Shown: positions 39,058 through 49,011, counted from the stretch's first letter. The stretch is 64,000 nucleotides of DNA from Acidimicrobiia bacterium (GCA_965215185.1 OZ244034.1:2759844-2823843), one strand, 5' to 3'. Notes: a model not told the origin generated them from the letters alone. A program made the numbers and translations.

Positions 39058-39857
39058 GCATGGCTTTGAAGGTTCGAGACCTGCAGGCCTCGGTGGGCTC
39101 CACGCAGATACTTCGCGGGGTGGATCTGGAAGTGCCGTTCGGCGAGATGCACGCTTTAATGGGGCCCAACGGGTCGGGTAAGAGCACTTTGTGCCACGTT
39201 CTTGCCGGCCATCCTGATTTCACCGCGGAGGGCCAGGCGTGGGTGGACGGTACGCAGATACTGGGGTTGGAGGCCGATGAGCGGGCTCGATTGGGGTTGA
39301 TACAGGCTTTCCAGAATCCGGTGGGGGTGCCGGGGGTGGATCTGCAAGAGATCATGATGGAGGCGGCGGAGGAACGGGGTATCGATCCCGAGGAGGCAGA
39401 GCGCCGGATAGCCGAGGCTTCGCGGCGTTTCGATATGGATGCCTTCTTGGAGCGTTCGGTCAACGACAACCTGTCGGGGGGAGAGAAGAAACGCTCAGAG
39501 ATCTTCCAAATTTCGGTCCTTTCTCCAAAGATTGCTCTCTTGGACGAGACCGACTCGGGGCTGGACATCGACATGGTGCGCACCGTGGCCGCGGCGGTGG
39601 AGGATATGCGCCGCCCCGACATGGGGGTGCTGATGATCACCCACCACTCACGGATTCTCGGTTATGTGGAACCCAACCGGGTACATGTGATGATGGGCGG
39701 AAAAATCGTAACCTCCGGCGGGCCCGACCTGGCCCACGAGTTGGAGAAGAGCGGTTATGAGGGCCTGAGAAAACGACTTGGCATCGCGGCGCCCACCCCC
39801 GCTTCCACTCCTGAGCCTTCATTTGACTACTTCACTGATCTGCCCTTCACCAGCTAG
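39054..39857 (+). CDS. sufC: Fe-S cluster assembly ATPase SufC (copy 1)
   Basis: GPNGSGKST, LSGGEKKR.E, LDETDSGLDID and PNRVHVM motifs. Confidence 0.9.
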   Translation: MSMALKVRDLQASVGSTQILRGVDLEVPFGEMHALMGPNGSGKSTLCHVLAGHPDFTAEGQAWVDGTQILGLEADERARLGLIQAFQNPVGVPGVDLQEIMMEAAEERGIDPEEAERRIAEASRRFDMDAFLERSVNDNLSGGEKKRSEIFQISVLSPKIALLDETDSGLDIDMVRTVAAAVEDMRRPDMGVLMITHHSRILGYVEPNRVHVMMGGKIVTSGGPDLAHELEKSGYEGLRKRLGIAAPTPASTPEPSFDYFTDLPFTS

Positions 39858-41065
39858 CCGGACCGGGGCGGCGAACCGATAGGTCGGACTCCCTGTTGGT
39901 GGCCCCCCAGGGTCCCAATCGCATTGACAGTTCGTTGCCAGGACCGACGCAGTTCGGCTTGCCGTTGGTGATCGAGGTCCGGATCGAGGAGCCGGCTGGT
40001 CACGGCCACAACCTGCATAACGTTTCGATCAACCCAGGTTGGGTTGTAGGTGATACTGGTGACCCCCACCCCGTCCGGGCCGTCGCCGATTTCCACAAAA
40101 AGGATCACACCGTCCTCGTTGGGGGGTCTTACCTGATTGGACAGGAAATTTCCCAGCCCGTAAACCACCCACAGGCCATCGATCCGAGTGACGGGTTGCA
40201 GGACATGGGCGTGGTGTCCTATCACCAGATCCACCGCGCCGACTTCTGCCAATGCCTGGGCGATTTGCTGTTGATAGACATTGGGCATGTGCTGATGTTC
40301 GGTTCCCCAATGCAGGGAGGCAACCACGAATTCGGCGCCCTCGGCTCGGGCTACGGCTGCATCGAGGGCGATGGTGTCCAGATCAATGAGGTTGACCCAC
40401 CAGCTTTGGCTTCGGGGCAACTTCAGGCCGTTGAGTCCATATGTATATGAGAGGTGACCCACACGGATACCGTTGGCCTCGTAGTGGGCGGCCCTTGGTG
40501 CCCCCTCTTCGGTGGCGGCGCCAGCGAAGGCCAAGCCGCTTTGCTGCATGGCTCCGACAGTTTGGGCTACTCCGTCCACCCCGTAGTCAAAGGCATGATT
40601 GGAGGCTAGGGAGCATCCGTCCCAGCCGCTTTCCGCAATGGCCTCCACCAGTTCCGCAGGGGCGCTAAACCGCGGGTATCCGGCTGGGCTGCGGGATGAA
40701 ATGGTAGTTTCCAAATGGCATATCGCTATATCGGCGTCCCGCAGTTGGCGGGCGACCTGTTCGAACATGGGTAGGAAATTGTATTCGCGATCGATGGGCT
40801 CAACCCAAGTTCTGTACATCTGCGGGGGTTCCACTATTGATGCGCTGCTGCCTTGGGAGTGGGTGCGTCGTGCGTAGTACCTGGCGAACTTGACCACCGG
40901 CAAGTGGGGAAGAATGTCGCCAGTAAAAGCCAACCTTGCGGTGCGGGGGGTGGCGGTTGTCTCCGGGTCGTCGGCGGGCAGTGATCCGGCGGTCAAGACG
41001 AGAAGCGAAAGGACCGTTGCCGAGGAGACAAGGCCAAACCATCGGGTGGGTACGCGTTTCATCAT
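39854..41065 (-). CDS. CapA family (poly-gamma-glutamate synthesis-like) metallophosphoesterase-fold protein
   Basis: FTGDIL, CHLET, LASNHAFDYG, LHWGTE, IGHHAH and YGLGNF motifs. Confidence 0.88.
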   Translation of the reverse strand: MMKRVPTRWFGLVSSATVLSLLVLTAGSLPADDPETTATPRTARLAFTGDILPHLPVVKFARYYARRTHSQGSSASIVEPPQMYRTWVEPIDREYNFLPMFEQVARQLRDADIAICHLETTISSRSPAGYPRFSAPAELVEAIAESGWDGCSLASNHAFDYGVDGVAQTVGAMQQSGLAFAGAATEEGAPRAAHYEANGIRVGHLSYTYGLNGLKLPRSQSWWVNLIDLDTIALDAAVARAEGAEFVVASLHWGTEHQHMPNVYQQQIAQALAEVGAVDLVIGHHAHVLQPVTRIDGLWVVYGLGNFLSNQVRPPNEDGVILFVEIGDGPDGVGVTSITYNPTWVDRNVMQVVAVTSRLLDPDLDHQRQAELRRSWQRTVNAIGTLGGHQQGVRPIGSPPRSG

Positions 41066-41102
41066 GGCTTATGGCGTAATCGATGACAGATACCCTTAAA
41101 GG

Positions 41103-42557
41103 ATGACAGACGCGCGGGATCCGACCAAGGAACCGCCAGCCGACCAAACAAAAAGGGGTGAGGTGATGGAGTACCGGTCCGAGAGGGACTCGATGGGGGA
41201 GGTAATGGTTCCCGCCCACGCCTACTACGGTGCTTCCACGCAGCGGGCTGTGGACAATTTCCCGATTTCCGGCACAGGTTTCGAGCGGCGGTTCATTTGG
41301 GCGCTGGGACTCATAAAGAAATCGGTGGCGACGGCGGCCGGGCGGGAGGGATACCTGGATTCGAGGATTGCCGAGGCGGTGAGTCAAGCGGCCTCTGAAG
41401 TGATGGAAGGACATTGGGACGGGCATTTTCCGGTTGATGTCTTCCAGACCGGTTCGGGTACCTCTACCAACATCAACGCCAATGAGGTGATAGCCAACCG
41501 GGCGACCGAGTTGTTGGGCGCGAAGCGGGAGGCGCGGCTGGTGCATCCCAACGATCATGTCAATTTCGGGCAGTCGTCCAACGATGTCATACCCACCGCT
41601 ATCCATGTGGCGGCGGCCGCGGCGGAGCATGAGTCACTCCTGCCGGCTTTGGAAACGCTTCGTCGTTCGCTGACCGCAAAATCAGAGGAATTCTCGGGGA
41701 TGGTCAAGTCGGGCCGCACCCATCTGATGGATGCCACTCCGGTTACATTGGGTCAGGAATTCTCCGGCTATGCGGCGGCGATGAGCAAAAGCTCTGAGAG
41801 AATAAGAAAAGTTCTGGTGGAGCTCGAAGAACTCCCTCTAGGAGGGACGGCGGTGGGAACCGGCATCAACTGTCCCGAGGGTCTGGCCGAAGCGGCCATC
41901 GGGGTCATTGCGGAGAATTCGGGAATCCCTTTCACCGAGGCCTCCAATCATTTTGAGGCTCAGGCCGCAAAGGACGCTGCCGTAAACGCATCGGGTGCTC
42001 TCAAAACGGTGGCAGTCTCCCTTTTCAAGATCGCCAACGACCTTCGCTGGCTCTCGTCGGGCCCGGTCACTGGCATCGCCGAGATTCGGCTCCCGGCATT
42101 GCAGCCCGGTTCTTCAATCATGCCCGCCAAGGTCAATCCGGTGATTCCCGAAATGGTTATGCAGGTGGCTGCTCAGGTGATCGGCAACGACGCGGCGATC
42201 ACCTGGGCGGGAGCCAACGGGAATTTCGAGTTGAACGTGATGATGCCGGTCATTGCTCGCAACCTCTTGGAATCCATCCGGCTGTTGGCCAACGCTTCGC
42301 GGGTTCTGGCGGAGAAGTGTGTGGACGGGATAGAAGCGGATGCCGAACGGGCTCGCAAGTTGGTGGAACGCAACGTGATAGTGGTGACCGCTCTCAACCC
42401 GCACATCGGATACGACGCGGGAGCTTCGGTGGCCAAGGAGGCCTTCGCCAGTGGCCGCACCGTTCGAGCGGTGGCGTTAGAGCGGGGTCTTCTGACCGAG
42501 GAGGAGTTGGACCAGATGCTTGACTTGGAGAAGATGACCGAAGGGGGGGTCTCCTAG
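41103..42557 (+). CDS. fumC: Class II fumarate hydratase
   Basis: [36 protein letters not shown] and [11 protein letters not shown] motifs. Confidence 0.9.
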   Translation: MTDARDPTKEPPADQTKRGEVMEYRSERDSMGEVMVPAHAYYGASTQRAVDNFPISGTGFERRFIWALGLIKKSVATAAGREGYLDSRIAEAVSQAASEVMEGHWDGHFPVDVFQTGSGTSTNINANEVIANRATELLGAKREARLVHPNDHVNFGQSSNDVIPTAIHVAAAAAEHESLLPALETLRRSLTAKSEEFSGMVKSGRTHLMDATPVTLGQEFSGYAAAMSKSSERIRKVLVELEELPLGGTAVGTGINCPEGLAEAAIGVIAENSGIPFTEASNHFEAQAAKDAAVNASGALKTVAVSLFKIANDLRWLSSGPVTGIAEIRLPALQPGSSIMPAKVNPVIPEMVMQVAAQVIGNDAAITWAGANGNFELNVMMPVIARNLLESIRLLANASRVLAEKCVDGIEADAERARKLVERNVIVVTALNPHIGYDAGASVAKEAFASGRTVRAVALERGLLTEEELDQMLDLEKMTEGGVS

Positions 42558-42985
42558 CTTTCCCCCAAGGCCTGTTCCAGGGTTATCCACGGAAGGGTGG
42601 CGCATTTGATCCGTACCGGATAGCGCCTGACTCCCGCCAAGGCAATCAGATCACCGAGGTCGGCATAACCGTTTTCGCTGGCGTCGCCAGACACCTGCAT
42701 GAGCCCTTGGAAGCGGCTCGACAGGTGGAGGACTTCGGGGATGGGATTCCCAGAAACGGCTTCACTCATGAGGGAGGCGCTCGACTGGCTTATCGAACAG
42801 CCCTTTCCCGCAACCGAGATGGCGCTGATGCTTCCATCCCGCAAATGCAGTTCGACTTTCACCTCGTCTCCGCACAAGGGATTGACGCCCTCTGAGGAGA
42901 CATCGGGATCGGATAGTGGGGAACGATGGCGCGGGTTACGGTAGTGATCCAGGATCACTTGCCGGTATACCTCTTGAAGAGACAT
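42554..42985 (-). CDS. sufU: SUF system NifU-like protein
   Basis: [29 protein letters not shown] and RIKCATL motifs. Confidence 0.92.
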   Translation of the reverse strand: MSLQEVYRQVILDHYRNPRHRSPLSDPDVSSEGVNPLCGDEVKVELHLRDGSISAISVAGKGCSISQSSASLMSEAVSGNPIPEVLHLSSRFQGLMQVSGDASENGYADLGDLIALAGVRRYPVRIKCATLPWITLEQALGES

Positions 42986-43018
42986 TTCTCTTATAGATTA
43001 GAAAAGTTCGGGGCCGGC

Positions 43019-43768
43019 CTAGCTACGAAAAGATTCATATCCTTCCGACTCCAACTGGGCGGTCAGCTCGGCGCCGCCGGTCTTCACCAGCTTTCCTCCC
43101 ACCAGGACATGCACATAACTGGGAGTGATGTAGTCCAGCAGGCGCTGGAAGTGGGTAATGATCAAGAAGCCTCGTTCGGGGCCGACCATGCGCTGCACTC
43201 CATCGGAGACGATGCGCAAAGCATCAATATCCAAGCCGGAATCGGTCTCGTCCAGGATGGCCAGCTTGGGCTCGAGAACCGACATCTGCAGGATCTCGTT
43301 TCGCTTGCGCTCCCCACCCGAGAACCCCTCGTTGAGGTAGCGATCGGCGAAGCCGCCAGGGATACCTAACTCTGCCATGGTGTCCATTACCTTGAGCCGC
43401 AGTTCGATTATCGAGTAGTCGATACCGGTGCGGTTGGAGAGGGCCTGGCGGAGGAACTGCACAATCGGAACACCCGGGATCTCGGTTGGATGCTGGAAGG
43501 CCATGAAGATGCCCCGATTGGCTCGCTTGTTGGGAAGATCTGCGGTGATGTCCTCTCCGTCGAAATAGATGGCGCCTTGGGTCACCACTAAACCCGGGTG
43601 GCCCATCAACACCGAGGCGAGGGTTGTTTTCCCTGAACCGTTGGGTCCCATTACCGCATGGATCTCGTTGTAGTGGATTTCCAGGTCGATGCCATGGAGG
43701 ATGGGGGTGCGGTTGGCTGCCGCCGAGACGTGCAGGTTTTCGATACGAAGAAGGGGTGTGGTGGTCAC
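43019..43768 (-). CDS. sufC: Fe-S cluster assembly ATPase SufC (copy 2)
   Basis: GPNGSGKTT, FQHPTEIPGV, NEGFSGGERKRNE, LDETDSGLDIDAL and ITHFQRLL motifs. Start at GTG 43768 or 43792. Confidence 0.93.
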   Translation of the reverse strand: MTTTPLLRIENLHVSAAANRTPILHGIDLEIHYNEIHAVMGPNGSGKTTLASVLMGHPGLVVTQGAIYFDGEDITADLPNKRANRGIFMAFQHPTEIPGVPIVQFLRQALSNRTGIDYSIIELRLKVMDTMAELGIPGGFADRYLNEGFSGGERKRNEILQMSVLEPKLAILDETDSGLDIDALRIVSDGVQRMVGPERGFLIITHFQRLLDYITPSYVHVLVGGKLVKTGGAELTAQLESEGYESFRS

Positions 43769-43875
43769 AGGACTCACACTAATGACGAGCAATGAGCAAA
43801 AAAAACCGGTATTAGGACGAGACGGAACACCATCAAGGGCCCGGAATATCCCAAATCGACCGGTTTGGCATTATT

Positions 43876-45456
43876 GTGCGGCTTATGTCCGATCTATCCC
43901 TTTGGGAGCCGGGGGAAGAATTAGAGCTTCCCAGCTTCCCATCCGCTGTCTTGGGCTACCAGCGCAAGGCCGTCGACCAGTACCTGAAGAGCCTCGGGGA
44001 GACCAGAAACGCTCGTGCGACGATCCTCGTTTATCCCGACGCCCCGGTTCCAACCGAGCATTTGAACCGCTACCGGGATCTGGGAAGAGAGATAGGAGAC
44101 TTGCTTTCGGTAGTACAAGAGACGGCTCGAAGGATCAGGGAGCAGGCTGAACTCGACGCAGACCGCTGGCGTGGTGAGGCCACAACCGAAGTGCAAACCA
44201 CAACCGCCGAGGCGCAGGCCATCGCTGAGGAACTCCGGTCAGCAGCCTGGGAAGTGGCCACTCAGATGATCGCGCAGATTCGAGACCTGGAGACCGAAAC
44301 CTATCGCAATGTTGAAAAGGAATCACAGGAGATCATCGCCGAGGCCGAAAACGAGACTCACCGTATTCGGGAGGACGCTCGTCGGAGAGCCGAGGCGATC
44401 CACAGCAACGCCAATGTGGAATCTCTGGAGGTGGAGGAGAGAACCAGAGCCCTTTGTGATCAGATGATTGAATCCGCCGAGCAGCAGGTCTTGGCCATTC
44501 AGGAGAGGGTGCTGGCGCTGGAGCGTCATCGTGACCAACTCTTGGAGGAGATCGGAGGAATTCGTTCAGGCGCCACGCCGATCGGTGTCAAGTTGGTTGA
44601 TCAGACCGGTGGTTTGATCTATCGAACTTCCCCACCGGTAGAGGATCCCACCCATGTAACGCCTCACCATGAGATGTCAGGGTTGGTGAAGGTGATCGCC
44701 CCACCCGGGCTGCCGAAAGAAGACCCCCCAAGTCAACCCCATGTGGAGCCGCCCCGACAACCGGCGCCGACAGTTGTCGAGGACACGCCTTCCCAAGATG
44801 TGGGAGACGAACCGGAAGGCTCTTCCTCTTCCCACTTCCAAGACTTGTTTTCTTCTCTCCGGCAGATCCCATTCGGCTCTTCGGAGCCAGTGGTGAGGCG
44901 CAAACAGGCCTCTGCACAACGTTCCGCTCCCCAGATGGGGGAGGAAGAGTCACGCAATCTTAAAGAAGAGAGGTTGCTCCCGATATCCAACCACTTTCTC
45001 CGTCTGTTCAAGAGAATCTTGACCGAGGAGCAGAACCTGGTGCTGGAGGGAATACGAACCGGGGAGTTGGTATGGGGAGTAGATGGGGTGGACGGGCGAT
45101 TGCGTTCCCATCTGGAGATGCTTATGGAGCAGAGTTGGCTGGCGGGCCACAGCGCCGCGGAGCGGATGATTCGACAGAATATCCCCAAGCCGCAGATGGC
45201 TCTGGGAGGCGAAACAGGTTTCGCTCCCCAGTTGGTCTCCGATGTCAACGACGCCCTGGGATCGGCAGTGCCCTCGGAGAACGTCACCCAGCGGAGCCTG
45301 ATCGCTTCTCGGATGTTTCGGGTGTGGAGAAGCGAGAAACTAGAGCGCCAAGTGCAGGAAATCAGCACCAAGTACTACCAACAAGGCTTGGATGGGTCGC
45401 TTGGAGCGGCAGGTGTTTCCCAGGATCGTGGGCCTAGACCAGTTGAGGTGGGTTGA
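43876..45456 (+). CDS. DivIVA-domain coiled-coil protein
   Basis: N-terminal F...VLGYQRKAVDQYL resembles the DivIVA motif. It is followed by a long Glu/Ala coiled coil, a Pro-rich linker and a helical C-terminal region. Confidence 0.65.
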   Translation: MRLMSDLSLWEPGEELELPSFPSAVLGYQRKAVDQYLKSLGETRNARATILVYPDAPVPTEHLNRYRDLGREIGDLLSVVQETARRIREQAELDADRWRGEATTEVQTTTAEAQAIAEELRSAAWEVATQMIAQIRDLETETYRNVEKESQEIIAEAENETHRIREDARRRAEAIHSNANVESLEVEERTRALCDQMIESAEQQVLAIQERVLALERHRDQLLEEIGGIRSGATPIGVKLVDQTGGLIYRTSPPVEDPTHVTPHHEMSGLVKVIAPPGLPKEDPPSQPHVEPPRQPAPTVVEDTPSQDVGDEPEGSSSSHFQDLFSSLRQIPFGSSEPVVRRKQASAQRSAPQMGEEESRNLKEERLLPISNHFLRLFKRILTEEQNLVLEGIRTGELVWGVDGVDGRLRSHLEMLMEQSWLAGHSAAERMIRQNIPKPQMALGGETGFAPQLVSDVNDALGSAVPSENVTQRSLIASRMFRVWRSEKLERQVQEISTKYYQQGLDGSLGAAGVSQDRGPRPVEVG

Positions 45457-46814
45457 TCGGTAGGTCCTCTTTTGGCGTATTGGTGGCTTTGGTGCTGGTC
45501 GCCTGCGGCGGGACGGGCGAACAACAGGAGACTGTCCCCCAAGGCCCGCCGGTTACAGAAGGAGCGCCCCCAGAGGAGAGCATTGAGCCGACCGAGGAGC
45601 CGCTGCCCCAAGTCCCCGAAGTGGCCGAGGTTCCTGAGGCCCCACCGTTCTTAGATCTATTGTTGGTGACCGGTCCGGATGGGGAGATAACGGTGGTCAG
45701 CCCCGATGGAACGGTTACTCGGGAGTTGCGCGTTTCTACTGGACAGAGCGGTCCGAGTCTGCAGCCTACCTGGGCGCCGACTTTCGTTGATGGCCGTCGT
45801 CTTGCGGCGTGGAGCGAACTCAACGATGACGGGGCTTTCGCGATCACTTTGGCTGACATTGAGAACGCTGAGATAGAGACGTACCTCTCGCCCGTAGCAC
45901 CCTTCTACTACTACTGGAGTCCCGATGCCACTCTGCTGGCATTCTTGGGACAGAACGCCTTTTCCCCATTGCAGATGGGCATGGTGGACTTGCCGAGGGA
46001 TGAGGTATACGCAATTGGTGACGGGCAACCGTTCTACTTCGCCTGGCGATCTGACTCGAATGCCATGGTCACTCACATAGGCGATGCCATGTCCTTGCTC
46101 GCCCGCACTGACGGCGGTTGGTCGTCGGACACGCTCTCTCTTGTACCAGGGCTCTTTCAAACCCCGGCCTGGCTCCCCGACGACCAAATCATCATCACTT
46201 CCCCGGTTTCACAGGGGGAGGTCGAAGTGGGTTTGTCAGGAACGCCCAGTGCTCAGGGCGACCGGTCCGGGCACCGTCTGATCGTAAGTGACTTGGAAGG
46301 TAGGTCTATCAGGACCTTGGCCGAACTGGAAGGGCCGGTTAGATTCCAGGCGGATCCGTTGGGAGAACGGGTGGCGTTCACAGCCTCTGAAGGTCCTCTG
46401 CGGGTGATGGATCTCGCCGACGGCGCCGACGTGGCCGTTTCCGAGGGCAAGGTGGCGGCCTTCCAGTGGAGCCCTGAAGGAGGCAGGCTCCTTTTCATGG
46501 AGGTGGACAGCCAGGCGAAGGCGTTGGCGCCCAAGGTTTGGGATGGCCGCGAAACTCTGGTATTCCCCTCCTTTTACCCAACTCGCGTCTTCCTTCTTCA
46601 ATATCTGCCGTTTTGGGACCAGTACTCCCACAGCCTTACCTTATGGTCCCCGACCGGGGAGGCGTTCACATATCCGTCAGTCTCCCCGGGCAGCGGTGAG
46701 GGCCGGATCATGGTGCAGCGTCTCGACGATCCCGGGCCTTTGGAGGTGAGCAAAGGAGTGTTTGCCAGTTGGTCTCCCACTCCGTCGGACCTTTTGGTCA
46801 CCCCCGATCCATAA
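45453..46814 (+). CDS. Lipoprotein with TolB-like beta-propeller repeats
   Basis: LVACG lipobox, Glu/Pro linker, and repeated WSPD/WSPE/WAP motifs. Confidence 0.8.
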   Translation: MIGRSSFGVLVALVLVACGGTGEQQETVPQGPPVTEGAPPEESIEPTEEPLPQVPEVAEVPEAPPFLDLLLVTGPDGEITVVSPDGTVTRELRVSTGQSGPSLQPTWAPTFVDGRRLAAWSELNDDGAFAITLADIENAEIETYLSPVAPFYYYWSPDATLLAFLGQNAFSPLQMGMVDLPRDEVYAIGDGQPFYFAWRSDSNAMVTHIGDAMSLLARTDGGWSSDTLSLVPGLFQTPAWLPDDQIIITSPVSQGEVEVGLSGTPSAQGDRSGHRLIVSDLEGRSIRTLAELEGPVRFQADPLGERVAFTASEGPLRVMDLADGADVAVSEGKVAAFQWSPEGGRLLFMEVDSQAKALAPKVWDGRETLVFPSFYPTRVFLLQYLPFWDQYSHSLTLWSPTGEAFTYPSVSPGSGEGRIMVQRLDDPGPLEVSKGVFASWSPTPSDLLVTPDP

Positions 46815-46817
46815 AAC

Positions 46818-46834
46818 GGCCCGTACGACGGGCC
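46818..46834. terminator. Hairpin directly after the lipoprotein stop (putative terminator)
   Basis: GGCCCGT-ACG-ACGGGCC, 3 nt after the TAA. Confidence 0.55.
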
Positions 46835-46982
46835 CCACCTCCGCCCAGCCGGTTGGGAACAAAGTGCGGCCAAGCTGACGCTCAGCCGGCCGGTCACCTC
46901 GTGTGAGAGAAGCCGGTGAACGGCGTTGAAAGAGACGTTATCCCGATGGTGCCTTTTCGGAACATGAACGCTGTGGTTGATT

Positions 46983-47009
46983 CCGCTCCGGTGGAACCTG
47001 CCGGAGCGG
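46983..47009. terminator. 9-bp hairpin between convergent genes
   Basis: CCGCTCCGG-N9-CCGGAGCGG. Confidence 0.45.
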
Positions 47010-47120
47010 TCTTGTCGATTTGATCAGTGTGAAGTGGGCCCGTGACATTTGCGGGTAGGTTGTTCAAAACACGAGGCTTCCGTTGGAAGAGTTCTTGTTC
47101 GGATCTGTGGGTCCGTTGGT

Positions 47121-47483
47121 TTAGTCCCAGCCGAGCTGATGGAGGCGCTTTTCAGAGAAACCCAGGTAGTGGCCTAGTTCGTGCAGGAGGGTGCGGCGGA
47201 TCTCCTTTTCGGTCTCGGAGCGAGAAAGCCCCAACTCGAGATGGGCCAGACGATATACGCGAATCTCGTCGGGGAGGACTCCCCAATAATCGGCCGCTCG
47301 ATCCGGCAGCGACACCCCCACATATTCACCCAACAGCATTTCCCGGTCCTCGCCCTGGCACTCCTCAAGCGGTGGCGAATCCATCGCCACCACCAACACA
47401 TTGTCCATTATGGAGGTGATCCATTCGGGTAGCTCGGTAAGGGTCCGGCCTATCACTTCCTCGAATTCTTCGGTGCGCATCAT
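47121..47483 (-). CDS. Minimal zincin-like metallopeptidase
   Basis: LLGEYVG, LPDEIRVYR and HELGHYLG (HExxH); coupled to the Rid-family gene. Confidence 0.88.
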   Translation of the reverse strand: MMRTEEFEEVIGRTLTELPEWITSIMDNVLVVAMDSPPLEECQGEDREMLLGEYVGVSLPDRAADYWGVLPDEIRVYRLAHLELGLSRSETEKEIRRTLLHELGHYLGFSEKRLHQLGWD

Positions 47484-47884
47484 CCTCCGTGCAGAGCCAG
47501 CACGGCCTCTATTTCCACCACAGCTCGTGGGTCGGCCAGTCCGCCGATTACCAAGAGAGTGCTAGCCGGATAATCGCCATGTGGATACCAGTCTGAAAAG
47601 ACGCGGTCTCGCCCGCGGTAGAAACCCTCCTGGGCTCCCTCGGTCACATAGGTGCGAAGGCAGGCGATGTCAGAAGGTGAAGCTCCCACCGAGCCCATCA
47701 GCACGGCGAGATTGGCGAAGGCGTCACAGGTTTGGGAACCGGGGTCCTCGGCCATCGTTGCGTCCTGGCGACGCCCGGTTTGGCCCGACAGCCAGGCCAG
47801 GGAGGCGCCGGCCTTCGCCAGGGAGACCAGCGAATAGCGGCCGGTGGGGTGGCTTACACCCGGCGGATTGCTTCTTGACAACAT
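47480..47884 (-). CDS. Rid (YjgF/YER057c/UK114) family protein
   Basis: YS, LSGQ, NL..L...G and PASTL...LADP...VEIEA motifs. Confidence 0.88.
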   Translation of the reverse strand: MLSRSNPPGVSHPTGRYSLVSLAKAGASLAWLSGQTGRRQDATMAEDPGSQTCDAFANLAVLMGSVGASPSDIACLRTYVTEGAQEGFYRGRDRVFSDWYPHGDYPASTLLVIGGLADPRAVVEIEAVLALHGG

Positions 47885-47934
47885 GACGGCGTTGGCCGGA
47901 ATCTACCAGAAAAGCCCATCTTTCCGATCTACTA

Positions 47935-47950
47935 AGATTGGATCCAATCT
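47935..47950. promoter_or_regulatory. Perfect 16-bp palindrome, candidate operator
   Basis: AGATTGGATCCAATCT in the divergent Rid/bicupin intergenic region. Confidence 0.7.
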
Positions 47951-47982
47951 GAAATAGACTCCGAGAAGAGGTTCCCAGAACG

Positions 47983-49011
47983 ATGACGACCCGCACTCGA
48001 ACTGCCACCAGTCACTATGAGGTACAGAAGAAACGCCGCTCTGACGAGTTGGAGCATCGCCTGCATGTGGTGCGGGGGTCGGAAGTGGTTATGCACCAGA
48101 CTCCCCGGGGAATCGACCGCGGGGTGTTGGTGGGGGCCGATGGTGACCGACCCAGCCTGGTGCTCGACGCTCACCGTCACGGAATTGAGCCGGGTGCGGT
48201 TTCAACGATCCATCGTCACTCGTGGGATGCCATCATGTTTGTCACCTCCGGCCGGGGATGGACCGAAGTCAATGGCCGTAGATACGACTGGCGAGCATGG
48301 GATACGGTGTTTCTCCCGGCCTGGGCTTGGCATCGTCACGGAAACGAGAGCGATTCACCGGCCACCTATGTCACTTTCGGCTCCGAGCCCTTGGCCGAAT
48401 TGGTGGGGATGGCCATCATCGAGGAGGGCGGAGATGTTTCCTTCGACGAGCTTCCCCCGCCCCCGGCGGTAGCTTCCCCCGGGATGGGCTCGGACCCCTA
48501 CACCCGACGGATTCAGCGTTTGGCCCATCGCCAGCAGGCCTTTTCGGAGACTCGCATCATTACCGCCTTCGATGACATCAACTTCCGGGTGACTCCCCGC
48601 GGTGCCCGCAGCGGCTTTCTGATTGACCGGAGCATCGGGTACCGCACCGGCGGATTGACCGCGGTGATGCATCAATTGGCTCCCGGTCTTTACCAGTCCC
48701 GGCACCGTCACGGAGGAGAAGCCTGGCTGTACTGCACGACGGGTCAGGGTTACAGCGTAATCGACGGGGAACGCTACGACTGGGGCCCGGGGGACATGGC
48801 GGTAGTGGACCATTGGGCCTGGCATCAGCATTTCAACGCCTCCGATTCGGAGATTGCAGCCATTATCCGGGTACATAATGTCGACAGTCTCTACATGGGG
48901 ATGCGGGCTCTGCTCGATCCCCTGCCGCTTTTTGAGGAACCCGAGAAGCTGGACTCCCCCGACCTGAGCGGAATGGAGTGGCCCCCTCCCGACGCGGGCA
49001 GACCCGAGTGA
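47983..49011 (+). CDS. Bicupin protein, gentisate-1,2-dioxygenase-like metal motifs
   Basis: Two cupin domains: HRHSWDA...PAWAWHRH and HRHGGEA...DHWAWHQH. Confidence 0.82.
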   Translation: MTTRTRTATSHYEVQKKRRSDELEHRLHVVRGSEVVMHQTPRGIDRGVLVGADGDRPSLVLDAHRHGIEPGAVSTIHRHSWDAIMFVTSGRGWTEVNGRRYDWRAWDTVFLPAWAWHRHGNESDSPATYVTFGSEPLAELVGMAIIEEGGDVSFDELPPPPAVASPGMGSDPYTRRIQRLAHRQQAFSETRIITAFDDINFRVTPRGARSGFLIDRSIGYRTGGLTAVMHQLAPGLYQSRHRHGGEAWLYCTTGQGYSVIDGERYDWGPGDMAVVDHWAWHQHFNASDSEIAAIIRVHNVDSLYMGMRALLDPLPLFEEPEKLDSPDLSGMEWPPPDAGRPE

